The notes under the pieces: model-generated
The model's input: the letters and a program-made list of their open reading frames with translations, nothing else
What the model was told of the DNA's origin: nothing
Database searches by the model: none
Shown here: one piece after another, positions 40,842 through 51,731 of the stretch
Layout of the letters: every line of letters begins with the position of its first letter
Position numbering within the stretch: the first letter of the stretch is position 1
Program-made: the position numbers and the translations under genes
Assembly (NCBI GenBank): GCA_963827235.1
Contig: CAWHAE010000009.1
Location: 192,001 to 256,000, forward strand
Origin: an uncultured bacterium
GTDB taxonomy: Bacteria > Chloroflexota > UBA5177 > JANWHV01
Reading direction: 5' to 3'
Length of the DNA stretch: 64,000 nucleotides

Positions 40842-41768
40842 GTGCAGATCTCCTCACACGTGGCTCGCCCCGGCCGATCCTCCGATCCGTCGTTGCGGTC
40901 GAAGCTCGCCAATCTGCTCGCCCCCTACGGCTACCTGGCCCCGGCCCTGCTCATTCTCGGTGTCTTCCAGCTCGCGCCCATCTTCTTCGTCATCTGGCTG
41001 AGCTTTCACAATGGCGCCAGCTTGCTGGGAACGGACTGGGCCGGGTTGCGCTACTACCGTCAGATGCTTCAGGATCCCGAGGTTGGTACGGCGCTCGGCG
41101 CCACCATCAAATTCCTGATCGGCTTCGTGCCCATTTCGACGGCGCTGGCCCTCGGACTGGCCATGCTGTTGTTCGAGAAGCTGCCCGGCATCGGTTTCTT
41201 TCGCATTCTGGTGCTCCTGCCGTTCATCACGCCGGTGGTAGCCACCACCCTCGTGTGGCACTGGATCTTCAATCCGCAGTACGGGCTCATCGACAGCGTG
41301 CTCTACTGGCTGCATGTGCCCACGGTGGATTGGTTCACGTCCTCGTTCTGGTCGATGGCAATCCTGGTAGCTTATACCATCTGGCACGAAGTTGGGTTCA
41401 CCACGCTGATCATGCTGGCAGGACTGACCAATATTCCGCGCGAGGTGCGGGACGCTGCCGAGATCGACGGTACCGGCCCGCTGGCAGGCTTTGGGCTGAT
41501 TACCCTGCCGCTGATGGGGCCATGGATCTTCTTCGTGATCGTGATCGACGTGATTGGCGCCTTCCAGGTCTTTACCCAGGTGCTGACGCTGACCAACGGC
41601 GGCCCGGACAACTCCACGACCATCGCCGGCTTCTTGATCGAGCAGGAGGCCTTCCAGTTCTTCAACCTGCCCTACGCCGCGGCGATCTCCGTTACCGTGC
41701 TGTTGATCGTGGCCGTGCTCACCGGACTCCAATTCGCGATTGGCCAGCGCCGTGTCTTCTATCAGTGA
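40842..41768 (+). CDS. ABC permease, UgpA/MalF-like
   Basis: YLAPAL, WIFNPQYG, EAA-like DAAEIDG, TNGGPDNST. Confidence 0.92.
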   Translation: MQISSHVARPGRSSDPSLRSKLANLLAPYGYLAPALLILGVFQLAPIFFVIWLSFHNGASLLGTDWAGLRYYRQMLQDPEVGTALGATIKFLIGFVPISTALALGLAMLLFEKLPGIGFFRILVLLPFITPVVATTLVWHWIFNPQYGLIDSVLYWLHVPTVDWFTSSFWSMAILVAYTIWHEVGFTTLIMLAGLTNIPREVRDAAEIDGTGPLAGFGLITLPLMGPWIFFVIVIDVIGAFQVFTQVLTLTNGGPDNSTTIAGFLIEQEAFQFFNLPYAAAISVTVLLIVAVLTGLQFAIGQRRVFYQ

Positions 41769-41778
41769 GGCACCCCTG

Positions 41779-42663
41779 ATGAGCATGCCGGCGGAGCGGA
41801 TCACGGTCGTGCTGCCGGCCAGATCCGGCCGGCGCGGCAGGCGCGCGGCGCTTGTGCGCTACGTCTTGCTCGTGCCGATCTCCGTGGTGCTGGCCTTCCC
41901 GTTCTACTGGGTAGTGCTCACCTCACTCGTGCCCAACAGTCACGTCTTCGACTTCCCGCCCAGCCTCTGGCCGCGCTGGTGGGACTTTGCAAACTACGGC
42001 ACGGCCTGGAACGGCACGCCGTGGCTGAACTACTTCGCCAACACCGGGCTGACCGCCGTCGGGACCACGCTGCTGGTGCTTTGCACCTCCACGCTGGCCG
42101 GCTTTTGCCTGGCTACCATGCGCTTTGCCGGCAAGCGCCTGCTCACCGGGCTCATCTTCGCCAGCCTGATCATGCCGGCCATCGTGGTGATCATTCCCGA
42201 TTACGTGATCGCCAACAGCCTGGGCTGGCTCAACACCTACCAGGTGCAGATCGTGCCCTGGGGTGCCAGCACGTTCGGCATCTTCCTGCTGCGGCAGGCC
42301 TTTCTCGGGCTGCCGAGCGACCTGTACGATGCCGCGCGCATCGACGGCTGCAGCCGGCGCTTCTATCTCTGGGCGGTCGGCGTGCCGCTGGTACGGCCTG
42401 CCCTGACCACGGTGGCACTCTACATCTTCGTGGGCAGCTACAACGCGCTGCTGTGGCCCCTGGTGATGACCAGCTCCAATGGCACGGACGCGGGTGTACA
42501 GCCGATCGAAGTCGGCGTCTACAGCTTCATCGGCGAGAACGGCACCGCGTTCAACCAGCTCTGCGCCGCCGTCGTTTTCACCATGCTGCCGGTTATCCTC
42601 CTCTTCCTCTTGATGCAACGCCAGTTCGTGGAGGGTGTGATGCGCTCGGGACTGAAAGGATGA
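41779..42663 (+). CDS. ABC permease, UgpE/MalG-like
   Basis: FPFYW, FGIFLLRQAF, DAARIDG, LLWPL, QRQFVEG...GLKG. Confidence 0.92.
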   Translation: MSMPAERITVVLPARSGRRGRRAALVRYVLLVPISVVLAFPFYWVVLTSLVPNSHVFDFPPSLWPRWWDFANYGTAWNGTPWLNYFANTGLTAVGTTLLVLCTSTLAGFCLATMRFAGKRLLTGLIFASLIMPAIVVIIPDYVIANSLGWLNTYQVQIVPWGASTFGIFLLRQAFLGLPSDLYDAARIDGCSRRFYLWAVGVPLVRPALTTVALYIFVGSYNALLWPLVMTSSNGTDAGVQPIEVGVYSFIGENGTAFNQLCAAVVFTMLPVILLFLLMQRQFVEGVMRSGLKG

Positions 42664-44054
42664 CCACGCTCACCGTCCTGGCGGGCGAGCGAACCATCGG
42701 AGGCACCCAAATCGTGGTCGAAGACGGCGGCGCCCGGCTGCTCTTCGACTGTGGCCTGGTCTACGATCCGGCCGGAGATCCCTTTGCCCAGGTGCGACGG
42801 CGCCCCTGGCGCGTCTTGTCCGACCTGCTGGCCCTGGGACTCGTCCCCGCCGTGCCCGGACTCTACGCTCCCCGCTGGCTCGAGCACCTACCCGCCTCGC
42901 TCTCGCCGGTGCTTGCTGAGTCTGATGGACCGCTGGCAGTTGCGCTCAGTCACTCTCACCTCGATCACTCGCATCTGGCCGGCTTCGCGGATCCATCGGT
43001 GCCGGTCCACTGCACTGGTGCCACCGCCCGCATCGTGGAGGCGCACGGCGTCCTCGGTAGCAGCTTGGCTCCGGCAGCCCATCGCCTCGGAGACGACGCC
43101 GGAGGCGACTTCGCCGTCGGGCCTATGCGCGGGCGGTTGTTGCCGGTCGATCACGACGTGTGCGGCGCCTGTGGTCTCTTGATCGAGACGACTGCCGGCG
43201 CGATCGCCTACTCCGGCGACTTGCGTCTGCACGGGCCCGCTCCCGAGCGCAGCCTGGCATTCGCGCGCGCGGCCAGAGAGTCAGGCGCGCGGCTGCTGAT
43301 CTTGGAAGGAACGCGCCTGTGGCCGCTCGATCCCGGGTCCGGAACGCCGGAGGTTGAGCGGAACGAAGCCGACGTGGCCCCGCTGGTGGCGCGGAAGCTG
43401 GCGGAGGCGCGCCATGCGCTGGGCATCATCGTGCTGATGCCGGACAACGGGGAGCGGGTCGAGGCGCTGGCGCTGGCAGTGCAGGCCGCCGGACGGCTGC
43501 TCGTGCTGGATGCTCATGGCCTGGCATTTGCCGTTGCCGCCTTGGGCCGTCCGCTCGCCACCCCGCATGCCGTGTATGTGCCCTCCGGCCTGGCACGGCT
43601 GCTCGACCGGCAAGGCGACGACACCGGCCTCGCCTGGCTGAGCGCGGTGGTTGCCGCGGCGCCGGCACGCCTCACGGCGCGCGACGTCGCCGCGGATCCC
43701 GGCCGCTTCCTGCTGCGGCTCGACTGGCCGTACTTCGCCGATCTGCTGGATCTCCTGCCGCAGGGCGCCCAAGGAGTGTTGTTCCACGCCAACGGCCTGC
43801 CGTTGGGTTCCTTCGACCCGGCCTGGCGTCAGCTCGAATGGTGGGTGCAGCGCCTCGGCCTGCAGTTTGTCCCGGCGGGGAGCAGCGGGCACGCCACGCC
43901 GGCCGCGTTGACGGAGATATGCCGGGAAAGCGGCGTGCCCGCGGTCATGGCCGTCCACTCGCAGCACCCCGAGCTGCTGGAGACGGGCGGAGCGCGGCGC
44001 GTGCTCCCGGCGCGCGGCCGGCGCTACGACCTCGACCGCCTGCTCGAGCAGTAA
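42660..44054 (+). CDS. MBL-fold / beta-CASP (RNase J-like) metallohydrolase
   Basis: TIGG, FDCG, SHSHLDH, VDHD, YSGDLRLHG, LEGT, SSGHA, VHS; ATGA-coupled to permease. Confidence 0.88.
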   Translation: MTTLTVLAGERTIGGTQIVVEDGGARLLFDCGLVYDPAGDPFAQVRRRPWRVLSDLLALGLVPAVPGLYAPRWLEHLPASLSPVLAESDGPLAVALSHSHLDHSHLAGFADPSVPVHCTGATARIVEAHGVLGSSLAPAAHRLGDDAGGDFAVGPMRGRLLPVDHDVCGACGLLIETTAGAIAYSGDLRLHGPAPERSLAFARAARESGARLLILEGTRLWPLDPGSGTPEVERNEADVAPLVARKLAEARHALGIIVLMPDNGERVEALALAVQAAGRLLVLDAHGLAFAVAALGRPLATPHAVYVPSGLARLLDRQGDDTGLAWLSAVVAAAPARLTARDVAADPGRFLLRLDWPYFADLLDLLPQGAQGVLFHANGLPLGSFDPAWRQLEWWVQRLGLQFVPAGSSGHATPAALTEICRESGVPAVMAVHSQHPELLETGGARRVLPARGRRYDLDRLLEQ

Positions 44055-44578
44055 AGGCAAAACCGTCATGCCCGCCACTGCAGAGCCATGCGAGCTCATA
44101 CATGGATATTCGTCAGGCACAGGCGAGCCGCCGGGTACTGGACACTCCCCCGTCCCAGCGTTGAAGCGGCATCTTCCGTGAGACCGTCGCCGTTATCTCA
44201 CGCCATAGGTTCGTGGTGGGCCACGCGGCGGTCGCGACACATGACATGTCGACGCCAAGGAGCGGCGGTGCGCACCTACACGCCGCGCTGGCGTGCTCGC
44301 GCGTCGCTCGCCCGTCGCCGGGCACCGCAATCTAAGGCAGCCAGTATGAACAAGCGCACGCAGTCCGTACGACGGCCTGCTTTGAAGTCCTCTCAAAACC
44401 GGACGAGGGCTGTCGCACAGATGAGCGCGGCCCCCAGGTGGAGGAACGCTTCGCCCCTGGTAACAGCTTCGCTCTTCTCCGGCTCATCTCGTGGAGCGCC
44501 GCCTTGCCCGACCACCGACGCTCTGCCATGCTGGAACGAGATTGCTGTCCTGGAGCATCGCGCGGAAGGTGGGAGCAC

Positions 44579-44965
44579 ATGGAGCGAGTCACCGGTCTCG
44601 GCGGAGTCTTCTTTCAGGCAGATGATCCCGAGCGGCTCTATGCCTGGTATGAGCAGCATCTCGGGCTGCGGCGGGAACCGGACGGCCCAGTGATCTTTCG
44701 CTGGCGCCACAGCACGGACGAGGGCAGCCCGGGCATGACCGTGTGGTCGATCTTCCCCACGGATAGCCCGTATTTCGCTCCAAGCCGCTCGCGGCTGATG
44801 CTCAACTATCGCGTGTCCGACCTGGACGGCCTGCTGGCCCGCCTGCAGGAAGAAGGGGTCACGATCGACGAGCGGCGTGAAGACGCAGAGTACGGGCGCT
44901 TTGCCTGGATTATGGATCCGGAAGGTAACCGGGTAGAGCTGTGGGAGCCGCCCGCCGAGCCGTAA
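44579..44965 (+). CDS. VOC/glyoxalase family protein
   Basis: RVTGLGGVFF, MLNYRVSDLD, YGRFAWIMDPEGNRVELWEP. Confidence 0.92.
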   Translation: MERVTGLGGVFFQADDPERLYAWYEQHLGLRREPDGPVIFRWRHSTDEGSPGMTVWSIFPTDSPYFAPSRSRLMLNYRVSDLDGLLARLQEEGVTIDERREDAEYGRFAWIMDPEGNRVELWEPPAEP

Positions 44966-45248
44966 TCCGGGCGCCCACGGCGTGCTCTTCAGGTATCGCT
45001 ACTGCTCCCAATCCGGGAGAAGCCCGACCACGTGCCGATCAGGCGGCACCCTTGCCTACAAATACATCAGCTCGCTTGGTCTCTGGGCAACCGCAGCGTG
45101 GCACAGCCACACACTTGGCGCGATCAAGACGCCGTTAGCTCAGTCTTACCCTCCGCAGGAGCCGCGATGCTCTGCGGCCCAAGGTTAGCCGAGTGCCAGT
45201 GTCATGCTCGATGATCGCGGCGGCGAACAGTGCGCCGGCGCTGAGCCG

Positions 45249-45581
45249 TTACCCACCAAACTGGTCCCACCAGAGTGGTCCCACCCTGGCCCAGGTCAGA
45301 GACTCGGCAATCAGGTCCTCATGCGTGTTGTCGATCTGCGACACTATCGGGTTCAGCCGCTGCAGTTGGGTATGGTACGGGCCGGTCTCGAAGATCTCCG
45401 GCCAGGTCTGCGAGGCGGTGAGAGCATTGCCCGGTCCAAGATAGAGGACGGCATCGGCTTGTTGCCCATAATGGCTCTGCGCCGCGGAGATCACCCGGTT
45501 ACCCCACGTTGGTGTGCCGGCCAGCCAGGTGCCGCTAAGGGTCACCGATGAATGGCCTTGCGCATGCCCTGCGGGGAACAA
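45249..45581 (-). pseudogene. Probable C-terminal fragment of a secreted hypothetical protein
   Basis: ADAVLYLGP motif with coding-like composition; no convincing start; family uncertain. Confidence 0.35.
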
Positions 45582-45608
45582 CAGATTCAGGCCCGACGAT
45601 TCAATCGG

Positions 45609-47229
45609 TTAGCGCCTAAGGAGGCTCAACGCTTTGGCGATATCCGGATCCCTTCCGCTCGATAGGTCGTTGGCAGTCCTCGGAACGTAGTAGTCAGGCG
45701 CCACTCCGATGCCGTTGATCACCTCGTGATCCGGGCCTAGTTCATGGCGCGCGGGCAGCGCCAGGAGGCTCCCGTCGTCAAGAAGGTAGCCCGCTGCCGG
45801 GCCAGACGCGATCCCGGCAGTGCGAGTGCCTACCAGGGTACCCAGGTGCAGGTCCTTGACGGCCGCAGCAAAGGCATCACAGGCGGAGACGCAGTTGCGG
45901 TCGGTGAGGACGATCAAGGGCAGGTGCAGCAACGGGGCAGAATCGTCGGTATGGTTGGCAGTGCAGCCATGCCGCACGGCACAGTCATAGCTCGAGACTT
46001 TGCCGCGCGTGAAAGCGCCGAGCAATCTCGCTACCTCGTCCGGTGAGCCTCCGCCGTTGCCCCTCAGGTCCAGAATGACCCCGCGCAGCTTGCTCTTGCC
46101 CCCGAGGTCCAAGAATCGCCGTCAGCACCTCGTCGGCAACGCCGGGCTCGAAGTTGCTCATGGCCACGTAGGCGACATCGCCAGCCAACTTCGAGCTGAC
46201 CACGTTCGTCGCGACATAGTCGGCCTCGAACGCCTGCGGCTGCATGCGCACCGTCCACGTCCGCCCCGTTGCCGGACGATGGAAGGTGATGCGGAGCGCC
46301 TGGCTCTGAGGATATGCCTGCGAGAGCAGATCGACGACGCCTGCCGACACCAGGCCGTCCACGAACGGCGGCACGCCATCCACGGAGACAATCACATCTC
46401 CCGGCCGCAAGCCCGCCTGTAGAGCCGGACCACCGTCGACGGTGGTGACGAACATAGGCCCCAGCGCCTCTGCCGGTGCAACGGCCGCCAGAGTGAGCGC
46501 CGGAGAGGTCTGAAGGCCAAGTCCATACGGCGCTCCGTCTGGCGCAAGGAGCGGGTAGTCCCACCAGGCATGGTTGTCTCCTAGGCTCTCCACCATGCCG
46601 GTCATGGTAGCGGCGGCAAGCTCCTGGCGCAGTGTCGCACGCGCCGGTAGCTCGCGCTCGACAGTGCCATACACCCTCGCAAAGGCGCGCCAGTCCGCCT
46701 GGCGGTCGCCCGTAAGCGCCGGCAACGTAGCACCGCCGTCATCCATCCCGAGACGTTCGAGCTCCTGCGTGAACCCGGCGAAGGCACCGACCAGCAAGGT
46801 CGCGTCGTCGAGCACGGGCCCCGCGTAGTAGTAAGCGAAAATGCAATCGTAGGCCTGTTGGATGGTGCCGATCGTGGTGGGCGCCAGCGGCGCGACCGAG
46901 GTGGCCAGGTCGCACATCGGCGGCGATTCAGGCCCGACCGCCGCGTTCCCGTACTGCGTATTGCCGGCAGGGACCAGCGACTTCAGGGTCGTCCCCGACG
47001 CGGATGCCTGCGACGCGAGGAATGATGACGCGTGCAAGGTCCCGCAAGCTACCACCAGCGAGCACACCAAACCCAGTGCCCAGCACCAATGCAGCCGATG
47101 CAACCGGCTACGCCGGCGCTTGCGGCCCGTCGTCGGATCCTCTGTCCTGGTCAGTGCTCCCCGGGAGTCGTAGCTGCCATCCCGGCTCTCTGCGTGTCCG
47201 AGGTCTCGATCGATGCTGTTGCCACACAT
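45609..47229 (-). CDS. S41 family peptidase with PDZ domain; one apparent +1 frameshift near 46112
   Basis: LGDNH, PDZ (AGLRPGDVIVSVDG), ILDLRGNGGG, CVSACD, LVGTRTAG, NGIGVAPD. Confidence 0.85.
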
Positions 47230-47405
47230 CCTCGTATACCTCCTGCCGATGCCACTTCTGCTCCCACGTTGCCGAGGAGCTGCCGGGCCGAGCGCACTTA
47301 TGCGAGCGGCAACCGGCTGGTTCGCGGGCATGGCCGACCCGATTGTAGCAGCGTTGATCCCTCGGTCACCCCCCCCCCGCTTGGCCGAAGAGCGGCACAC
47401 GCGGT

Positions 47406-48692
47406 CTATAGCCACGGCTCCAACTGCGTCAACAGTCTGGCCGCCGCGACCTGTCCCGTCCCGTCGTTGTCGCCATTGACAATGATCACGATGGTCGCGC
47501 GCCGGTTCGGCAGGTACCACATCTCGGTCGTGTAACCGGGCAAACCGCCGTCATGCCCAATGAGGTTGGTCGTCGCTGACCCCGCAAACGCTGCCAGGGC
47601 GAGGCCGTATATCCCACCACCCGGCGCCCCGATCGACTGCATGCTCCAGTCCACACGCTGAGCTTGGAGCTTCGCGCTCAAGAGCTTGCCCGTGGCCAGC
47701 GCCTGCGCCCAGACGTGCAGATCATCCAGCGTCGACACCACCGCGCCTGCCGAGCCGCCCCAGGACAGGTCCTTGTACCTCACGTCCACCACGGCCGAAC
47801 GCCCGGGCAGCGTCGTGTACCCGTGCAAGGAGGGCGGAGGCACGGCGGCGTCAGCACGCAGGTAGGTATGTGTGAGATGCAGCGGACGCAGAATCTTCTC
47901 CTGCAACAGCTCCGCGAGTGACTGGCCCGTGACCTTCTCCAGCAGCATGCCCAGAATGATGAAGTTGGTGTTGGAGTAGTGAAAGCTGCTGCCCGGTCGG
48001 AAGTAGAGCCTGTGCTTGGCCGCCACGGCCAGCAAGGCCTGCGGCTGCCAGGTCCGAGCACAGGTGGCCTGACTGCCCGTCACCGTGCAGGAGTCGAACT
48101 CTTGCCGATCCCAGGCCGCGTCCTCGGTGTAGTTGAAGATGCCGCTCGTGTGGCCGAGCAGCTCGCGAACGGTCACCTGGCGGGCATCGGGCACCTGCGG
48201 CAGCCAGCGCCCAATCGGCGCATCCAGTGCAAGCCTGTCAGCGTCCACGAGCTGTAGCACGAGCGTACCGATAAAGGTCTTGGTAATGCTGCCTACATAC
48301 GTGCTGTCCGTCAGTCGCGCCGGTCGCTTCGTCGCCACATCGGCCATGCCCGCCGCATACGTCCAACTGCCGTGACCCGGCTCCCACATGCCCACGATCG
48401 CGCCCGGCATCGTCGGGCCGAGCGCCTCGTTCACGGTATCCCGCAGCGTCTTCTGGACCGCAGGTGGAAACCAGTTGCCGCCGGCTGCGCGCGCCGGCGT
48501 GGCGTCGCCAGTGGGCATGCCCACGGCGATCAGCCCAACTGCGGCGACCAACCGGAGCGCGAAGCGCCAGTGTGGGCAATTCTTGGCTGCCGACACGGGG
48601 ACTGCAGCGGGAATACGTGCTGCGACCCAGTTCGTATGGCGCAGCAGGAAACGAAGCACCCGAGTAACGACCAGCGACCAAGGTGAGCACAT
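47406..48692 (-). CDS. Serine hydrolase (beta-lactamase / D-Ala-D-Ala carboxypeptidase family), secreted
   Basis: GSITKTF (SxxK), LLGHTSGI, YSNTN, GHDG; start uncertain. Confidence 0.9.
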   Translation of the reverse strand: MCSPWSLVVTRVLRFLLRHTNWVAARIPAAVPVSAAKNCPHWRFALRLVAAVGLIAVGMPTGDATPARAAGGNWFPPAVQKTLRDTVNEALGPTMPGAIVGMWEPGHGSWTYAAGMADVATKRPARLTDSTYVGSITKTFIGTLVLQLVDADRLALDAPIGRWLPQVPDARQVTVRELLGHTSGIFNYTEDAAWDRQEFDSCTVTGSQATCARTWQPQALLAVAAKHRLYFRPGSSFHYSNTNFIILGMLLEKVTGQSLAELLQEKILRPLHLTHTYLRADAAVPPPSLHGYTTLPGRSAVVDVRYKDLSWGGSAGAVVSTLDDLHVWAQALATGKLLSAKLQAQRVDWSMQSIGAPGGGIYGLALAAFAGSATTNLIGHDGGLPGYTTEMWYLPNRRATIVIIVNGDNDGTGQVAAARLLTQLEPWL

Positions 48693-49006
48693 CCTGCTAA
48701 GTCCTTTCGCGTGAACTGCTGCAAAGGCTGCTGCGCGTGGCGCTGTCCGGCACAAGCATAGCGCATTCCTCAGCCCGGGCGGGGAGTATCGCTTTCACGA
48801 CGCACACTGCGCGGACACTATGCAACGGCATCAGAACGAGGCACACGAGACCTGCGCTTCTACCGATCATGGCAATTGTCGCCGGCAGACCGTTGGTGCC
48901 CGTGCTCTCCGGCTTCGTCGACGTTGCATATTCACTCATGTGTCGGGTTCGGGGACGCTGCCCCTACTAGGAGTAGAGGCTTCCCGCTGCCCGCCCACAA
49001 CTGGCC

Positions 49007-49343
49007 GTGCTGGCGCCCTTACGCACGCCGTGCCTGGTGATGTTCGATATCGCAGCCGACCGAAGCCTGTCCAACCGGCGAGTCTGGGCTGAGAGTGTCG
49101 GCACGGACGCCATCTGCATGGGCGCCGAGGGCACGCTCTGGGTCCAGACCGCAGGCCATCCCGAGGGTGCTGTCGTCCGCATCCGCGAGGGCGGCGAGAT
49201 GCTCGCGCGGATCCAGCATGATCGCACCATTGGCGGATCTCCCGGGCGTCCTGTGCCGCGGTCAGCAGCGGTCGATCGGCGGCGAGCGCCCGGGCGCGAT
49301 TGCTGTGCATGATGGGGCTGTCGGGATCGGCGTGCTCGAGTAG
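49007..49343 (+). pseudogene. Remnant of SMP-30/gluconolactonase gene
   Basis: FDIAADRSLSNRRVWAE..DAICMGAEGTLWV..VVRIREGGE; N-terminus missing. Confidence 0.7.
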
Positions 49344-49781
49344 GGCGGAGACAATGTCGCAGGATGCCTGGCAACGAACGGCTCATCGCCGTTGAGCGTT
49401 GGGGAACCCAGCGGCACGCTGCCTTGCGTCCGACCAGGTGACCGTCGTGGCGAGCGCGTGGAAAGCACCGCTGGCCTGTTTGCCGTAGAGCGTCACCTGC
49501 AAGGACGGTTCCACGGTGGCCGGTGGATCGGGCGCTAGAGCACGCCGGAGATCGTCACCGACGCCAGCGTCATGCGCTGGTCGGTCGACCGGGCACGTGC
49601 CAGTTCACCCTCGTGCGCGGGCGGCGTGCATTCTGGCATGCTTTCTAGTAGTACGCCGTCTGCCACGGCGGTGGCCGGCGTGGCACGCTGCTCCGTGCAA
49701 GGGGGACGTGGTGCACCGCTGTGGTTGCCGCCCGTGCGGAGCGGTGCGTGCTGGGAGCAGCAAGGAAGGGAGTTTGCCTGC

Positions 49782-51731
49782 ATGCGCAACGTGACCCACA
49801 GCCCTACTCGGCTTCGGCAGATCCTAGTCCTCACCGTAGCAGCGTGCCGTACCGCTCTCGGCCGCTTCATCGTGGCCCTGGGGCTCGCGATCATCGGCGC
49901 GCTCCCCATGGCAAGTCCCACGGCCCACGCGGCTCGAGCGCTCCTTGCTGCACCTACGTTCCCCGGTCCACAGTATGGCACAGCAGGCACGGCCGCGATC
50001 ACGCCGGCCGATTTCTCATTCCAATGCAATACCGGACCCACGAACGCCCGGGTCAGCGCGGCCGGCGTCGCCGTGGCGGCCGGCCAGGGCATTTTCTCGC
50101 TCGGCTGCGGTCAAGCGCAGATCCTGCTCAACACCCCGGCGTCCGGCTACTTCCGGGCCGCCGTCGCCGTCGCCGACACGGCCCCGGCCGGGAGCAAGGC
50201 CAATCTCCAACTGCTGGTACTCGGTCCAGGCGGCTTCAACATCCACAGCGCCTTCGTGCAGGTCGCCAAGGGCATGACGCGGCAGGTCGACGTCGACGTC
50301 GCAGGTGGCGTGGCCCTGGCGATTACCTTTGCGCAGGCCCCTACCGTGCTCTACCAGCTGCAGCTGACCGGGCTAGCCCGGACGCTCCGGCCCGTGCCCA
50401 TGCATGGCACCGGCATGCCGGCCGGGGCCACCCCGGTGCCCAAAGCCGCTGTCCGCTTCAGCTGTAACGCTGGCCCCGCCAACCAACAGGTCACCATCAG
50501 CGATGTGAGCGTGCCGCTCACCGGCACGTACCAGTTCGTGGGCTGCGGGACGATCACCGTGCCGCTCTCGGCAGGCGCGGGTGGGACGCTCGCCCTACGC
50601 TATGGCACGGACGAGACGCTCACCAACTACACGTCCATTCCCGCGGAGGTGGACTTGCGGGTGCTGGATGCAAGCGGCCACCTGCTGCGCAAGGCCATCG
50701 GCCTCTCCTATGTCGCCAGCGGCCTGCAGGCGCTCTGGGTCGATACCCGTGGCGGCAGCACCGCCACCCTGACCCAGGAGACTGGTGCCGAGGTGCTCTC
50801 TGTGACGAGCTTGAGCTTCCTGCCGGGGCACTACGCGCCGCACCCGAATCCGAACCATCAGGAGTTCGGCAGTCCCAGCGGCGGAGCGGTAGATATCGCG
50901 GCCGATGCCCTGGTCAATGTCTGCAATGCGAGCGTGGGCACGAACGATATCTCGGTCGCCCACCAAGATGTCCCCCGCGACAGTTACGTGAATATCATCG
51001 GCTGCGGTATGACCGAGCTGATCATGACCAACGCCCACGGGCACTTCCACGCGCGCTTCGGCATCAACGATGCCAGCACGAACCCGAACAATCAGGAGAC
51101 GGTGACGCTGGTCACGCTGGATCAGAACAGCCATCCGCTCCTCAAGGTCACCGTCAGTGCCAAACACGGCGGGCCGGCCGCGACGCTGGATGCGAGCATT
51201 GACGGCGCCAGCCTGCTCGAAGTCCAAAGTGTCTCGGGTGGCGGCCTCGGGGTGCTCTTCGACATGACCCTGACCGGCCATGCCACCCTCTACGATCGCG
51301 TCTTCCCACCCAGCGAGCCGCCGCTCAGCACGGCAGGGGGCACGCCCGTCGATCCGCGCGGCTTTGCGCTGGCGTGTAACGTGGGGGTGACCACGCAGGA
51401 CACCCTGCTGATCCATCAGGCTGCACTCGAGCAATGGTCGCTGTCGCTCACTGGCTGCAGCACGGCGACGCTGGACGTCGCCAAGCTGCCCGCGCCGCAT
51501 CGGCTGTTCAGCGTGCTCTATGGCCTCACCGTGCAAGACCAGCACTACGGCATCGGCCACCTGCGGCTGTCAGTGCTGGACACGACCGGCAAGGTGCTGC
51601 GCACGGTGTTGGGCGTCACGCGCGCGGGCTATGGCCCGCGGCGGCTCGCCATCAGCCTGGCCGGCGGCGTCAAGCTCCAGATTGCGGGAGTCGACGCCCC
51701 GCTCACGGTCTTTGCCTTGACAACTGCCTGA
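49782..51731 (+). CDS. Secreted protein of four ~150-aa NPCBM/NEW2-like repeats
   Basis: Signal peptide ending AHA; CN codons at 50025, 50463, 50922, 51375, each followed by GC(G/S) and a D..G...L tail. Confidence 0.7.
   Translation: MRNVTHSPTRLRQILVLTVAACRTALGRFIVALGLAIIGALPMASPTAHAARALLAAPTFPGPQYGTAGTAAITPADFSFQCNTGPTNARVSAAGVAVAAGQGIFSLGCGQAQILLNTPASGYFRAAVAVADTAPAGSKANLQLLVLGPGGFNIHSAFVQVAKGMTRQVDVDVAGGVALAITFAQAPTVLYQLQLTGLARTLRPVPMHGTGMPAGATPVPKAAVRFSCNAGPANQQVTISDVSVPLTGTYQFVGCGTITVPLSAGAGGTLALRYGTDETLTNYTSIPAEVDLRVLDASGHLLRKAIGLSYVASGLQALWVDTRGGSTATLTQETGAEVLSVTSLSFLPGHYAPHPNPNHQEFGSPSGGAVDIAADALVNVCNASVGTNDISVAHQDVPRDSYVNIIGCGMTELIMTNAHGHFHARFGINDASTNPNNQETVTLVTLDQNSHPLLKVTVSAKHGGPAATLDASIDGASLLEVQSVSGGGLGVLFDMTLTGHATLYDRVFPPSEPPLSTAGGTPVDPRGFALACNVGVTTQDTLLIHQAALEQWSLSLTGCSTATLDVAKLPAPHRLFSVLYGLTVQDQHYGIGHLRLSVLDTTGKVLRTVLGVTRAGYGPRRLAISLAGGVKLQIAGVDAPLTVFALTTA

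Noticed and set aside
44054-44110. GGCAAAACC...GCAGAGCCATG, weakly like a c-di-GMP-I riboswitch
   Set aside because: Lacks the GNRA-capped stem, the GGGACGCAAAG junction and the closing stem
48697-48939. 80-aa ORF MSEYATSTKP.. upstream of the serine hydrolase
   Set aside because: No recognisable motif; cannot distinguish a remnant from chance
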